A stretch of 64,000 nucleotides of DNA from the human T2T-CHM13v2.0 reference genome, Homo sapiens, in the NCBI RefSeq assembly GCF_009914755.1, contig NC_060942.1; one strand, written 5' to 3'. Position 1 is the first letter of the stretch; every line of letters starts with the position of its first letter. The position numbers and the translations under genes are program-made. This document shows, piece by piece, positions 1-13,843 of the stretch. A model generated the notes under the pieces. The model worked only from the letters and a program-made list of their open reading frames with translations, ran no database searches and was not told the origin of the DNA.

Positions 1-941
1 GTTTTTTCGTGGAATCTGCAGGAGGATATTTGGATAGCTTCGAGGATTTCGCTGGAAACGGGATTACATATAAAAAGTAGACAGCAGCATTCTCAGAAGC
101 TGCTTTGTGATGTTTGCTTTTAAGTCACAGAGTTGAACATTACCTTTTATAGAGCAGGTTTCCAACACTCTTTCTGTAGTATCTGGAAGAGGACATTTCG
201 AGCGCTTTCAGGGCTATGGTGAACAAGGAAATATCTTCCCATACAAACTTGACAAAAGCATTCTCACAAACTCGTTTGATATCTATGTCCTCAGCTAACA
301 GAGTACAGCCTGTCTTTTGATACAGCAGTATTGAAACACTCTTTCTGTAGAATCTGCAAGTGGATATTTGGATAGCTCTAACGATTTCTTTGGAAACGGA
401 ATACTTTAGTATAAAATCTAGACAGAGGCACTCTCAGAAACTGCTTTGTGATATGTGCATTCAAGTCACAGAGTTGAACATTCCCTTTATTAGAGCAGGT
501 TTGAAACACTCTTTTTGTAGTATCTGGAAGTGGACATTTGGAGCGCTTTGACGCCTTTGGTGAAAAAGGAAATATCTTCCCTAAAAAACTAGACAGAAGC
601 ATTCTCAGAAACTTCTTTGTGATGTGTGTCCTCAACTAACAGAGTCAAACCTCTCTTATGATAGAGAAGTTTGGAAACACTCTTTTTGGAAAATATGCCA
701 GGGGATATTTGGATAGCTCGAAGTATTTCGTTGGAAACGGGAATATCTTCATGTTAAATCGAGACAGAAGCATTCTCAGAAACTGCTTTGTGATGTCTGC
801 ATTCACGTCACAGATTTGAATATTCGCTTTCATAGAGCAGGTTTGAAACACTCTTTCTGTAGTATCTGGATGTGGACACTTGGAGCGCTTTGACGCTTAC
901 GGTGCAAAAGGAAATATCTTCCCATAAAAACTAGACAGAAG
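1..941 (+). repeat. Partial, shortened HOR lacking 3 monomers (8-mer if its unseen 5' part is standard), with an M7/M10 fusion monomer
   Basis: Order is M3(end)-M4-M5-M6-[M7/M10 at 600-770]-M11-M1. The monomer at 600 begins as M7 (ctctcttatgata) and ends as M10 (catgttaaatcgagacag). Confidence 0.85.
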
Positions 942-3900
942 CATTCTCACAAACTGGTTTGTGATGTATGTCCTCAGCTAACAGAGTTGAAACTTTCTAT
1001 TTACAGAGCAGTTTGGAAAGACTCAATTGGAGAATCTGCAAGTGGATATTTGGAAAGCTTTAAGGATTTCATTGGAAACCGGAATATCTTCAGGTAACAT
1101 CTAGACAAGGGCATTCTCAGAAACGTCTTTGTGACCTGTGTACTCAAGTAACAGAGTACAACCTGTCTTTTGATACAGCATTTTGGAAACACTCATTCTG
1201 TAGAACCTGCAAGTGGATATTCGGATAGCTCAAGCTATTTCGTTGGAAACGGGAATAGCTTCATATAAACTCTAGACAGAAGCACTGTCAGAAACTACTT
1301 TCTGATATCTGTATTCAAGTCACAGAGTTGAATATTCCCTTTCTTAGAGCAGGTTTGAAACCGTCTTTTCGTGGAATCTGCAGGAGTATATTTGGATAGC
1401 TTTGAGGATTTCGTTGGAAACGGGATTACATATACAAAGTAGACAGCAGCATTCTCAGAAGCTGCTTTGTGATGTTTGCTTTTAAGTCACAGAGTTGAAC
1501 ATTCCCTTTTATAGAGCAGGTTTCAAACACTCTTTCTGTAGTATCTGGAAGAGGACATTTCGAGCGCTTTCAGGCCTATGGTGAACAAGGAAATATCTTC
1601 CCATACAAACTTTTCAGAAGCATTCTCACAAACTGCTTTGGGATGTATGTCCTCAGCTAACAGAGTACAGCCTGTCTTTTGATACAGCAGTATTGAAACA
1701 CTCTTTCTGTAGAATCTGCAAGTGGATATTTGGATAGCTCTAACGATTTCGTTGGAAACGGGAATAATTTAGTATATAATCTAGACAGAGGCACTCTCAG
1801 TAACTGCTTTGTGATATGTGCATTCAAGTCACAGAGTTGAACATTCCCTTTATTAGAGCAGGTTTGAAACACTCTTTTTCTAGTATCTGGAAGAGGACTT
1901 TTGGAGCGCTTTGACGCCTTTTCTCAAAAAGGAAATATCTTCCCTTAAAAACTAGACAGAAGCATTCTCAGAAACTTTTTTGTGATGTGTGTCCTCAAGT
2001 AACAGAGTTCAACCTCTCTTTTGATACAGAAGTTTGGAAACACTCTTTTTGTAGAAGATGCAAGGGGATATTTGGATAGCTGGAAGCATTTCGTTTTAAA
2101 GGGGAATATCTTCATATAAAATCTAAACAGAAGCACTCTCAGAAACTACTTTGTGATATCTGCATTCAAGTCACAGAGTTAAATATTCCCTTTCTTAGAG
2201 CAGGTTTGAAACCGTCTTTTCTTGGAATTTGCAGGTGCATATTTGGATAGCTTTCAGGATTTCCTTGGAAAGGGGATTACATATACAAAGTAGACAGTAG
2301 CATTCTCAGAAGCTTCTCTGTGATGTTTGCTTTTAAGTCACAGAGTTGAGAATTCCCTTTCATAGAGCAGGTTTGAAACACTCTTTCTGTAGTATCTGGA
2401 AGTGGACATTTCGAGGGCTTTCAGGCCTATGGTGAAAAAGGAAATATCTTCCCATAAAAACTAGACAGAAGCATTCTCAGAAACTTATTTGTGAAATGTG
2501 TCCTCAAGTAACAGAGTTGAACCTTTCTTTTGGTACAGCAGTTTGGAAACACCCTTTTTGTAGAATCTGCAAGTGGATATTTGGATAACTTTGAAGATTT
2601 CGTTGGAAACAGGAATATCTTCATGTGAAATCGAGACAGAAGCATTCTCAGAAACTGCTTTGTGATCTCTGCATTCACGTCACAGAGTTCAACATTCGCT
2701 TTCATAGAGCAGGTTTGAAACACTCTTTCTGCAGTATCTGGATGTGGACACTTGGAGCGCTTTGACGCTTACGGTGCAAAAGGAAATATCTTCCCATAAA
2801 AATTAGACAGAAGCATTCTCACAAACTGGTTTGTGATGTATGTCCTCAGCTAACAGAGTTGAACCTTTCTATTTACAGAGCTGTTTTGAAAGACTCTATT
2901 GGAGAATCTGCAAGTGGATATTTGGAAAGCTTTAAGGATTTCATTGTAAACCGGAATATCTTCAGGTAAAATCTCGACAACGGCATTCTCAGAAACTTCT
3001 TTGTGATGTGTGTCCTCAAGTAACAGAGTACAACCAGTCTTTTGATACAGCAGTTTGGAAACACTCTTTCTGTAGAATCTGCAAGTGGGTATTTGGATAG
3101 CTCAAGCTATTTCGTTGGAAGCGGGAATAGCTTCATATAAACTCTAGACAGAAGCACTCTCAGAAACTACTTTGTGATATCTGTATTCAAGTCACAGAGT
3201 TGAATATTCCCTTTCTTAGAGCAGGTTTCAAAGCGTCTTTTCGTGGAATCTGCAGGAGGATATTTGGATAGCTTTGGGGATTTCGTCGGAAACGGGATTA
3301 CATATACAAAGTAGACAGCAGCATTCTTAGAAGCTGCTTTGTGATGTTTGCTTTTAAGTCACAGAGTTGAACATTCCCTTTCAGAGAGCAGGTTTCAAAC
3401 ACTCTTTCTGTAGTATCTGGAAGAGGACATTTCAAGCGCTTTCAGCCCTATGGTGAACAAGGAAATATCTTCCCATACAAACTTGACAGAAGCATTCTCA
3501 CAAACTGGTTTGGGATGTATGTCCTCAGCTAACAGAGTACAACCCGTCTTTTGATACAGCAGTATTGAAACACTCTTTCTGTAGAATCTGCAAGTGGATA
3601 TTTGGATAGCTCTAACGATTTCGTTGGAAACGGGAATACTTTAGTATAAAATCTAGACACAGGCACTCTCAGAAACTGCTCTGTGATATGTGCATTCAAG
3701 TCACAGAGTTGAACATTCCCTTTATTAGAGCAGGTTTGAAACACTGTTTTTGTAGCATCTGGAAGTGGACATTTGGAGCGCTTTGACGCCTTTGCTGAAA
3801 AAAGAAATATCTTCTCTTCAAAACTAGACAGAAGCATTCCCAGAAACTTCTTTGTGATGTGTGCCCTCAACTAACAGAGTTCAACCTCTCTTATGATACA

Positions 3901-6900
3901 GAAGTTTGGAAACACTCTTTTTGTAGTATATGCAAGGGGATATTTGGATAGCTCGAAGTATTTCGTTGGAAACGGGAATATCTTCATATAAAATCTAGAC
4001 AGAAGCACTCTCCGAAACTACTTTGTGCTATCTGCATTCAAGTCACAGAGTTGAATATTCCCTTTCTTAGAGCAGGTTTGAAACCGTCTTTTCTTGGAAT
4101 CTGCAGGTGGATATTTGGATAGCTTTCAGGATTTCGTTGGAAACGGGATTACATATACAAAGTAGACAGTAGCATTCTCAGAAGCTTCTCTGTGATGTTT
4201 GCTTTTAAGTCACAGAGTTGAGCATTCCCTTTCATAGAGCAGGTTTGAAACACTCTTTCTGTAGTATCTGGAAGTGGACATTTCGAGGGCTTTCAGGCCT
4301 ATGGTGAAAAAGGAAATATCTTCCCATAAAAACTAGACAGAAGCATTCTCAGAAACTTATTTGTGATGTATGTCCTCAACTAACAGAGTTGAACCTTTCT
4401 TTTGATACAGCAGTTTGGAAACACTCTTTTTGTAGAATCTGCAAGTGGATATTTGGATAACTTTGAAGATTTCGTTGGAAACGGGAATATCTTCATGTAA
4501 AATCGGGACAGAAGCATTCTCAGAAACAGCTTTGTGATGTCTGCATTCACGTCACAGAGTTGAACATTCGCTTTCATAGCGCAGGTTTGAAAAACTCTTT
4601 CTGCAGTATCTGGATGTGGACACTTGGAGCGCTTTGACGCTTACGGTGCAAAAGGAAATATCTTCCCATTAAAACTAGACAGAAGCATTCTCACAAACTG
4701 GTTTGTGATGTATGTCCTCAGCTAACAGAGTTGAACCTTTCTATTTACAGAGCTGTTTTGAAAGACTCTATTGGAGAATCTGCAAGTGGATATTTGGAAA
4801 GCTTTAAGGATTTCATTGGAAACCGGAATATCTTCACGTAAAATCTCGACAAGGGCATTCTCAGAAACTTCTTTGTGATGTGTGTCCTCAAGTAACAGAG
4901 TACAACCTGTCTTTTGATTCAGCAGTTTGGAAACACTCTTTCTGTAGAATCTACAAGTGGATATTTGGATAGCTCAAGCTATTTCGTTGGAAACGGGAAT
5001 AGCTTCATATAAACTCTAGACAGAAGCACTCTCAGAAACTACTTTGTGATATCTGTATTCAAGTCACAGAGTTGAATATTCCCTTTCTTAGAGCAGGTTT
5101 GAAACCGTCTTTTCGTGGAATCTGCAGGAGGATATTTGGATAGCTTTGGGGATTTCGTCGGAAACGGGATTACATATACAAAGTAGACAGCAGCATTCTC
5201 AGAAGCTGCTTTGTGATGTTTGCTTTTAAGTCACAGAGTTGAACATTCCCTTTCAGAGAGCAGGTTTCAAACACTCTTTCTGTAGTATCTGGAAGAGGAC
5301 ATTTCGAGCGCTTTCAGGCCTATGGTGAACAAGGAAATATCTTCCCATAAAAACTTGACAGAAGCATTCCCACAAACTGGTTTGGGATGTATGTCCTCAG
5401 CTAACAGAGTACAACCTGTCTTTTGATACAGCAGTATTGAAACACTCTTTCTGTAGAATCTGCGAGTGGATATTTGGATAGCTCTAACGATTTCGTTGGA
5501 AACGGGAATACATTAGTATAAAATCTAGACACAGGCACTCTCAGAAACTGCTCTGTGATATGTGCATTCAAGTCACAGAGTTGAACATTCCCTTTATTAG
5601 AGCAGGTTTGAAACACTCTTTTTGTAGTATCTGGAAGTGGACATTTGGAGCGCTTTGACGCCTTTGCTGAAAAAGGAAATATCTTCTCTTCAAAACTAGA
5701 CAGAAGCATTCCCAGAAACTTCTTTGTGATGTGTGCCCTCAACTAACAGAGTTCAACCTCTCTTATGCTACAGAAGTTTGGAAACACTCTTTTTGTAGTA
5801 TATGCAAGGGGATATTTGTATAGCTCGAAGTATTTCGTTGGAAACGGGAATATCTTCATATAAAATCTAGACAGAAGCACTCTCCGAAACTACTTTGTGC
5901 TATCTGCATTCAAGTCACAGAGTTGAATATTCCCTTTCTTAGAGCAGGTTTGAAACCGTCTTTTCTTGGAATCTGCAGGTGGATATTTGGATAGCTTTCA
6001 GGATTTCGTTGGAAACAGGATTACATATACAAAGTAGACAGTAGCATTCTCAGAAGCTTCTCTGTGATGTTTGCTTTTAAGTCACAGAGTTGAGCATTCC
6101 CTTTCATAGAGCAGGTTTGAAACACTCTTTCTGTAGTATCTGGAAGTGGACATTTCGAGGGCTTTCAGGCCTATGGTGAAAAAGGAAATATCTTCCCATA
6201 AAAACTAGACAGAAGCATTCTCAGAAACTTATTTGTGATGTATGTCCTCAACTAACAGAGTTGAACCTTTCTTTTGATACAGCAGTTTGGAAACACTCTT
6301 TTTGTAGAATCTGCAAGTGGATATTTGGATAACTTTGAAGATTTCGTTGGAAACGGGAATATCTTCATGTAAAATCGAGACAGAAGCATTCTCAGAAACA
6401 CCTTTGTGATGTCTGCATTCACGTCACACAGTTGAACATTCGCTTTCATAGCGCAGGTTTGAAACACTCTTTCTGCAGTATCTGGATGTGGACACTTGGA
6501 GCGCTTTGACGCTTACGGTGCAAAAGGAAATATCTTTCCATAAAAACTAGACAGAAGCATTCTCACAAACTGGATTGTGATGTATGTCCTCAGCTAACAG
6601 AGTTGAACCTTTCTATTTACAGAGCTGTTTTGAAAGACTCTATTGGAGAATCTGCAAGTGGATATTTGGAAAGCTTGAAGGATTTCATTGGAAACCGGAA
6701 TATCTTCAGGTAAAATCTCGACAAGGGCATTCTCAGAAACTTCTTTGTGATGTGTGTCCTCAAGTAACAGAGTACAACCAGTCTTTTGATACAGCAGTTT
6801 GGAAACACTCTTTCTGTAGAATCTACAAGTGGATATTTGGATAGCTCAAGCTATTTCGTTGGAAACGGGAATAGCTTCATATAAACTCTAGACAGAAGCA

Positions 6901-9900
6901 CTCTCAGAAACTACTTTGTGATATCTGTATTCAAGTCACAGAGCTGAATATTCCCTTTCTTAGAGCAGGTTTGAAACCGTCTTTTCGTGGAATCTGCAGG
7001 AGGATATTTGGATAGCTTTGGGGATTTCGTCGGAAACGGGATTACATATACAAAGCAGACAGCAGCATTCTCAGAAGCTGCTTTGTGATGTTTGCTTTTA
7101 AGTCACAGAGTTGAACATTCCCTTTCAGAGAGCAGGATTCAAACACTCTTTCTGTAGTATCTGGAAGAGGACATTTGGAGCGCTTTCAGGCCTATGGTGA
7201 ACAAGGAAATATCTTCCCATACAAACTTGACAGAAGCATTCTCACAAACTGGTTTGGGATGTATGTCCTCAGCTAACAGAGTACAACCTGTCTTTTGATA
7301 CAGCAGTATTGAAACACACTTTCTGTAGAATCTGCAAGTGGATATTTGGATAGCTCTAACGATTTCTTTGGAAACGGGAATACTTTAGTACAAAATCTAG
7401 ACACAGGCACTCTCAGAAACTGCTCTGTGATATATCCATTCAAGTCACAGAGTTGAACATTCCCTTTATTAGAGCAGGTTTGAAACACTGTTTTTGTAGT
7501 ATCTGGAAGTGGACATTTGGAGCGCTTTGACGCCTTTGCTGAAAAAGGAAATATCTTCTCTTCAAAACTAGACAGAAGCATTCCCAGAAACTTCTTTGTG
7601 ATGTGTGTCCTCAACTAACAGAGTTCAACCTCTTTTATGATACAGAAGTTTGGAAACACTCTTTTTGTAGTATATGCAAGGGGATATTTGGATAGCTCGA
7701 AGTATTTCGTTGGAAACGGGAATATCTTCATATAAAATCTAGACTGAAGCACTCTCAGAAACTACTTTGTGATATCTGCATTCAAGTCACAGAGTTGAAT
7801 ATTCCCTTTCTTAGAGCAGGGTTGAAACCGTCTTTTCTTGGAATCTGCAGGTGGATATTTGGATAGCTTTCAGGATTTCTTTGGAAACGGGATTACATAT
7901 ACACAGTAGACAGTAGCATTCTCAGAAGTTTCTCTGTGATGTTTGATTTTAAGTCACAGAGTTGAGCATTCCCTTTCATAGAGCAGGTTTGAAACACTCT
8001 TTCTGTAGTATCTGGAAGTGGACATTTCGAGGGCTTTCAGGCCTATGGTGAAAAAGGAAATATCTTCCCATAAAAACTAGACAGAAGCATTCTCAGAAAC
8101 TTATTTGTGATGTATGACCTCAACTAACAGAGTTGAACCTTTCTTTTGATACAGCAGTTTGGAAACACTCTTTTTGTAGAATCTGCAAGTGGATATTTGG
8201 ATAACTTTGAAGATTTCGTTGGAAACGGGAATATCTTCATGTAAAATCGAGACAGAAGCATTCTCAGAAACAGCTTTGTGATGTCTGCATTCACGTCACA
8301 GAGTTGAACATTCGCTTTCATAGAGCAGGTTTGAAACACTCTTTCTGCAGTATCTGGATGTGGACAATCGGAGCGCTTTGACGCTTACGGTGCAAAAGGA
8401 AATATCTTCCCATAAAAACTAGACAGAAGCATTCTCACAAACTGGTTTGTGATGTATGTTCTCAGCTAACAGAGTTGAACCTTTCTATTTACAGAGCTGT
8501 TTTGAAAGACTCTATTGGAGAATCTGCAAGTGGATAATTGGAAAGCTTTAAGGATTTCATTGGAAACCGGAATATCTTCAGGTAAAATCTCGACAAGGGC
8601 ATTCTCAGAAACTTCTTTGTGATGTGTGTCCTCAAGTAACAGAGTACAACCTGTCTTTTGATACAGCAGTTTGGAAACACTCTTTCTGTAGAATCTACAA
8701 GTGGATATTTGGATAGCTGAATCTATTTCGTTGGAAACGGGAATAGCTTCATATAAACTCTAGACAGAAGCACTCTCAGAAACTACTTTGTGATATCTGT
8801 ATTCAAGTCACAGAGTTGAATATTCCCTTTCTTAGAGCAGGTTTGAAACCGTCTTTTCGTGGAATCTGCAGGAGGATATTTGGATAGCTATGGGGATTTC
8901 TTCGGAAACGGGATTACATATACAAAGTAGACAGCAGCATTCTCAGAAGCTGCTTTGTGATGTTTGCTTTTAAGTCACAGAGTTGAACATTCCCTTTCAG
9001 AGAGCAGGTTTCAAACACTCTTTCTGTAGTATCTGGAAGAGGATATTTCGAGCGCTTTCAGGCCTATGGTGAACAAGGAAATATCTTCCCATACAAACTT
9101 GACAGAAGCATTCTCACAAACTGGTTTGGGATGTATGTCCTCAGCTAACAGAGTACAACCTGTCTTTTGATACAGCAGTATTGAAACACTCTTTCTGTAG
9201 AATCTGCAAGTGGATATTTGGATAGATCTAACGATTTCGTTGGAAACGGGAATACTTTAGTATAAAATCTAGACACAGGCACTCTCAGAAACTGCTCTGT
9301 GATATGTGCATTCAAGTCACAGAGTTCAACATTCCCTTTATTAGAGCAGGTTTGAAACACTCTTTTTGTAGTATCTGGAAGTGGACATTTGGAGCGCTTT
9401 GACGCCTTTGCTGAAAAAGGAAATATCTTCTCTTCAAAACTAGACAGAAGCATTCCCAGAAACTTCTTTGTGATGTGTGTCCTCAACTAACAGAGTTCAA
9501 CCTCTCTTATGATACAGAAGTTTGGAAACACTCTTTTTGTAGTATATGCAAGGGGATATTTGGATAGCTCGAAGTATTTCGTTGGAAACGGGAATATCTT
9601 CATATAAAATCTAGACAGAAGCACTCTCAGAAACTACTTTGTGCTATCTGCATTCAAGTCACAGAGTTGAATATTCCCTTTCTCAGAGCAGGGTTGAAAC
9701 CGTCTTTTCTTGGAATCTGCAGGTGGATATTTGGATAGCTTTCAGGATTTCTTTGGAAACGGGATTACATATACAGAGTAGACAGTAGCATTCTCAGAAG
9801 CTTCACTGTGATGTTTGCTTTTAAGTCACAGAGTTGAGCATTCCCTTTCATAGAGCAGGTTTGAAACACTCTTTCTGTAGTATCTGGAAGTGGACATTTC

Positions 9901-12295
9901 GAGGGCTTTCAGGCCTATGGTGAAAAAGGAAATATCTTCCCATAAAAACTAGACAGAAGCATTCTCAGAAACTTATTTGTGATGTATGACCTCAACCAAC
10001 AGAGTTGAACCTTTCTTTTGATACAGCAGTTTGGAAACACTCTTTTTGTAGAATCTGCAAGTGGATATTTGGATAACTTTGAAGATTTCGTTGGAAACGG
10101 GAATATCTTCATGTAAAATCGAGACAGAAGCATTCTCAGAAACAGCTTTGTGGTGTCTGCATTCACGTCACAGAGTTGAACATTCGCTTTCATAGAGCAG
10201 GTTTGAAACACTCTTTCTGCAGTATCTGGATGTGGACACTTGGAGCGCTTTGACGCTTACGGTGTAAAAGGATATATCTTCCCATAAAAACTAGACAGAA
10301 GCATTCTCACATACTGGTTTGTGATGTATGTCCTCAGCTAACAGAGTTGAACCTTTCTATTTACAGAGCTGTTTTGAAAGACTCTATTGGAGAATCTGCA
10401 AGTGGATATTTGGAAAGCTTTAAGGATTTCATTGGAAACCGGAATATCTTCAGGTAAAATCTCGACAAGGGCATTCTCAGAAACTTCTTTGTGATGTGTG
10501 TCCTCAAGTAACAGAGTACAACCTGTCTTTTGATACAGCAGTTTGGAAACACTCTTTCTGTAGAATCTACAAGTGGATATTTGGATAGCTCAAGCTATTT
10601 CGTTGGAAACGGGAATAGCTTCATATAAACTCTAGACAGAAGCACTCTCAGAAACTACTTTGTGATATCTGTATTCAAGTCACAGAGTTGAATATTCCTT
10701 TTCTTAGAGCAGGTTTGAAACCGTCTTTTCGTGGAATCTGCAGGAGGATATTTGGATAGCTTTGAGGATTTCGTCGGAAACGGGATTACATATACAAAGT
10801 AGGCAGCATTCTCAGAAGCTGCTTTGTGATGTTTGCCTTTAAGTCATAGAGTTGAACATTCCCTTTCAGAGAGCAGGTTTCAAACACTCTTTCTGTAGTA
10901 TCTGGAAGAGGACATTTCGAGCGCTTTCAGGCCTATGGTGAACAAGGAAATATCTTCCCATACAAACTTGACAGAAGCATTCTCACAAACTGGTTTGGGA
11001 TGTATGTCCTCAGCTAACAGAGTACAACCTGTCTTTTGATACAGCAGTATTGAAACACTCTTTCTGTAGAATCTGCAAGTGGATATTTGGATAGCTCTAA
11101 CGATTTCGTTGGAAACGGGAATACTTTAGTATAAAATCTAGACTCAGGCACTCTCAGAAACTACTCTGTGATATGTGCATTCAAGTCACAGAGTTGAACA
11201 TTCCCTTTATTAGAGCAGGTTTGAAACACTGTTTTTGTAGTATCTGGAAGTGGACATTTGGAGCGCTTTGACGCCTTTGCTGAAAAAGGAAATATCTTCT
11301 CTTCAAACCTAGACAGAAGCATTCCCTGAAACTTCTTTGTGATGTGTGTCCTCAACTAACAGAGTTCAACCTCTCTTATGATACAGAAGTTTGGAAACAC
11401 TCTTTTTGTAGTATGTGCAAGGGGATATTTGGATAGCTCGAAATATTTCTTTGGAAACGGGAATATCTTCATATAAAATCTAGACAGAAGCACTCTCAGA
11501 AAGTACTTTGTGATATCTGCATTCAAGTCACAGAGTTGAATATTCCCTTTCTTAGAGCAGGGTTGAAACCGTCTTTTCTTGGAATCTGCAGGTGGATATT
11601 TGGATAGCTTTCAGGACATCTTTGGAAACGGGATTACATATACAAAGTAGACAGTAGCATTCTCAGAAGCTTCTCTGTGATGTTTGGTTTTAAGTCACAG
11701 AGTTCAGCATTCCCTTTCATAGAGCAGGTTTGAAACACTCTTTCTGTAGTATCTGGAAGTGGACATTTCGAGGGCTTTCAGGCCTATGGTGAAAAAGGAA
11801 ATATCTTCCCATAAAAACTAGACAGAAGCATTCTCAGAAACTTATTTGTGATGTATGACCTCAACTAACAGAGTTGAACCTTTCTTTTGATACAGCAGTT
11901 TGGAAACACTCTTTTTGTAGAATCTGCAAGTGGATATTTGGATAACTTTGAAGATTTCGTTGGAAACGGGAATATCTTCATGTAAAATCGAGACAGAAGC
12001 ATTCTCAGAAACAGCTTTGTGATGTCTGCATTCACGTCACAGAGTTGAACATTCGCTTTCATAGAGCAGGCTTGAAAAACTCTTTCTGCAGTATCTGGAT
12101 GTGGACACTTGGAGCGCTTTGACGCTTACGGTGCAAAAGGAAATATCTTTCCATAAAAACTAGACAGAAGCATTCTCACAAACTGGTTTGTGATGTATGT
12201 CCTCAGCTAACAGAGTTGAACCTTTCTATTTACAGAGCTGTTTTGAAAGACTCTATTGGAGAATCTGCAAGTGGATATTTGGAAAGCTTTAAGGA

Positions 12296-12312
12296 TTTCA
12301 TTGGAAACCGGA
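12296..12312 (+). other. Degenerate, predicted non-binding CENP-B box in M1 (representative)
   Basis: tttcattggaaaccgga: both the TTCG and CGGG core elements are broken, and this holds in every M1 copy I inspected. Confidence 0.85.
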
Positions 12313-12466
12313 ATATCTTCAGGTAAAATCTCGACAAGGGCATTCTCAGAAACTTCTTTGTGATGTGTGTCCTCAAGTAACAGAGTACAACCTGTCTTTT
12401 GATACAGCAGTTTGGAAACACTCTTTCTGTAGAATCTACAAGTGGATATTTGGATAGCTCAAGCTA

Positions 12467-12483
12467 TTTCGTTGGAAACGGGA
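12467..12483 (+). other. CENP-B box in M2 (representative)
   Basis: tttcgttggaaacggga matches YTTCGTTGGAARCGGGA. Confidence 0.93.
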
Positions 12484-12637
12484 ATAGCTTCATATAAACT
12501 CTAGACAGAAGCACTCTCAGAAACTACTTTGTGATATCTGTATTCAAGTCACAGAGTTGAATATTCCCTTTCTTAGAGCAGGTTTGAAACCGTCTTTTCG
12601 TGGAATCTGCAGGAGGATATTTGGATAGCTTTGGGGA

Positions 12638-12654
12638 TTTCGTCGGAAACGGGA
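12638..12654 (+). other. Variant CENP-B box in M3 (haplotype A)
   Basis: tttcgtcggaaacggga keeps the essential TTCG....A..CGGG core and gains an extra CpG. Confidence 0.85.
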
Positions 12655-12975
12655 TTACATATACAAAGCAGACAGCAGCATTCTCAGAAGCTGCTTTCTG
12701 ATGTTTGCTTTTAAGTCACAGAGTTGAACATTCCCTTTCAGAGAGCAGGATTCAAACACTCTTTCTGTAGTATCTGGAAGAGGACATTTCGAGCGCTTTC
12801 AGGCCTACGGTGAACAAGGAAATATCTTCCCATACAAACTTGACAGAATCATTCTCACAAACTCGTTTGGGATGTATGTCCTCAGCTAACAGAGTTCAAC
12901 CTGTCTTTTGATACAGCAGTATTGAAACACACTTTCTGTAGAATCTGCAAGTGGATATTTGGATAGCTCTAACGA

Positions 12976-12992
12976 TTTCGTTGGAAACGGGA
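12976..12992 (+). other. CENP-B box in M5 (representative)
   Basis: tttcgttggaaacggga. Confidence 0.93.
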
Positions 12993-13317
12993 ATACTTTA
13001 GTATAAAATCTAGACACAGGCACTCTCAGAAACTGCTCTGTGATATGTGCATTCAAGTCACAGAGTTGAACATTCCCTTTATTAGAGCAGGTTTGAAACA
13101 CTCTTTTTGTAGTATCTGGAAGTGGACATTTGGAGCGCTTTGACGCCTTTGCTGAAAAAGGAAATATCTTCTCTTCAAAACTAGACAGAAGCATTCCCAG
13201 AAACTTCTTTGTGATGTGTGTCCTCAACTAACAGAGTTCAACCTCTCTTATGATACAGTAGTTTGGAAACACTCTTTTTATAGTATATGCAAGGGGATAT
13301 TTGGATAGCTCGAAGTA

Positions 13318-13334
13318 TTTCGTTGGAAACGGGA
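13318..13334 (+). other. CENP-B box in M7 (representative)
   Basis: tttcgttggaaacggga. Confidence 0.93.
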
Positions 13335-13488
13335 ATATCTTCATATAAAATCTAGACAGAAGCACTCTCAGAAACTACTTTGTGATATCTGCATTCAAGT
13401 CACAGAGTTGAATATTCCCTTTCTTAGAGCAGGTTTGAAACCGTCTTTTCTTGGAATCTGCAGGTTGATATTTGGATAGCTTTCAGGA

Positions 13489-13505
13489 TTTCGTTGGAAA
13501 CGGGA
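13489..13505 (+). other. CENP-B box in M8 (representative)
   Basis: tttcgttggaaacggga. Confidence 0.93.
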
Positions 13506-13655
13506 TTACATATACAAAGTAGACAGTAGCATTCTCAGAAGCTTCTCTGTGATGTTTGCTTTTAAGTCACAGAGTTGAGCATTCCCTTTCATAGAGCAGG
13601 TTTGAAACACTCTTTCTGTAGTATCTGGAAGTGGACATTTCGAGGGCTTTCAGGC

Positions 13656-13672
13656 CTATGGTGAAAAAGGAA
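13656..13672 (+). other. pJalpha box in A-type monomer M9 (representative)
   Basis: ctatggtgaaaaaggaa occupies the position where B-type monomers carry the CENP-B box. Confidence 0.8.
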
Positions 13673-13826
13673 ATATCTTCCCATAAAAACTAGACAGAAG
13701 CATTCTCAGAAACTTATTTGTGATGTATGTCCTCAACTAACAGAGTTGAACCTTTCTTTTGATACAGCAGTTTGGAAACACTCTTTTTGTAGAATCTGCA
13801 AGTGGATATTTGGATAACTTTGAAGA

Positions 13827-13843
13827 TTTCGTTGGAAACGGGA
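13827..13843 (+). other. CENP-B box in M10 (representative)
   Basis: tttcgttggaaacggga. Confidence 0.93.
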
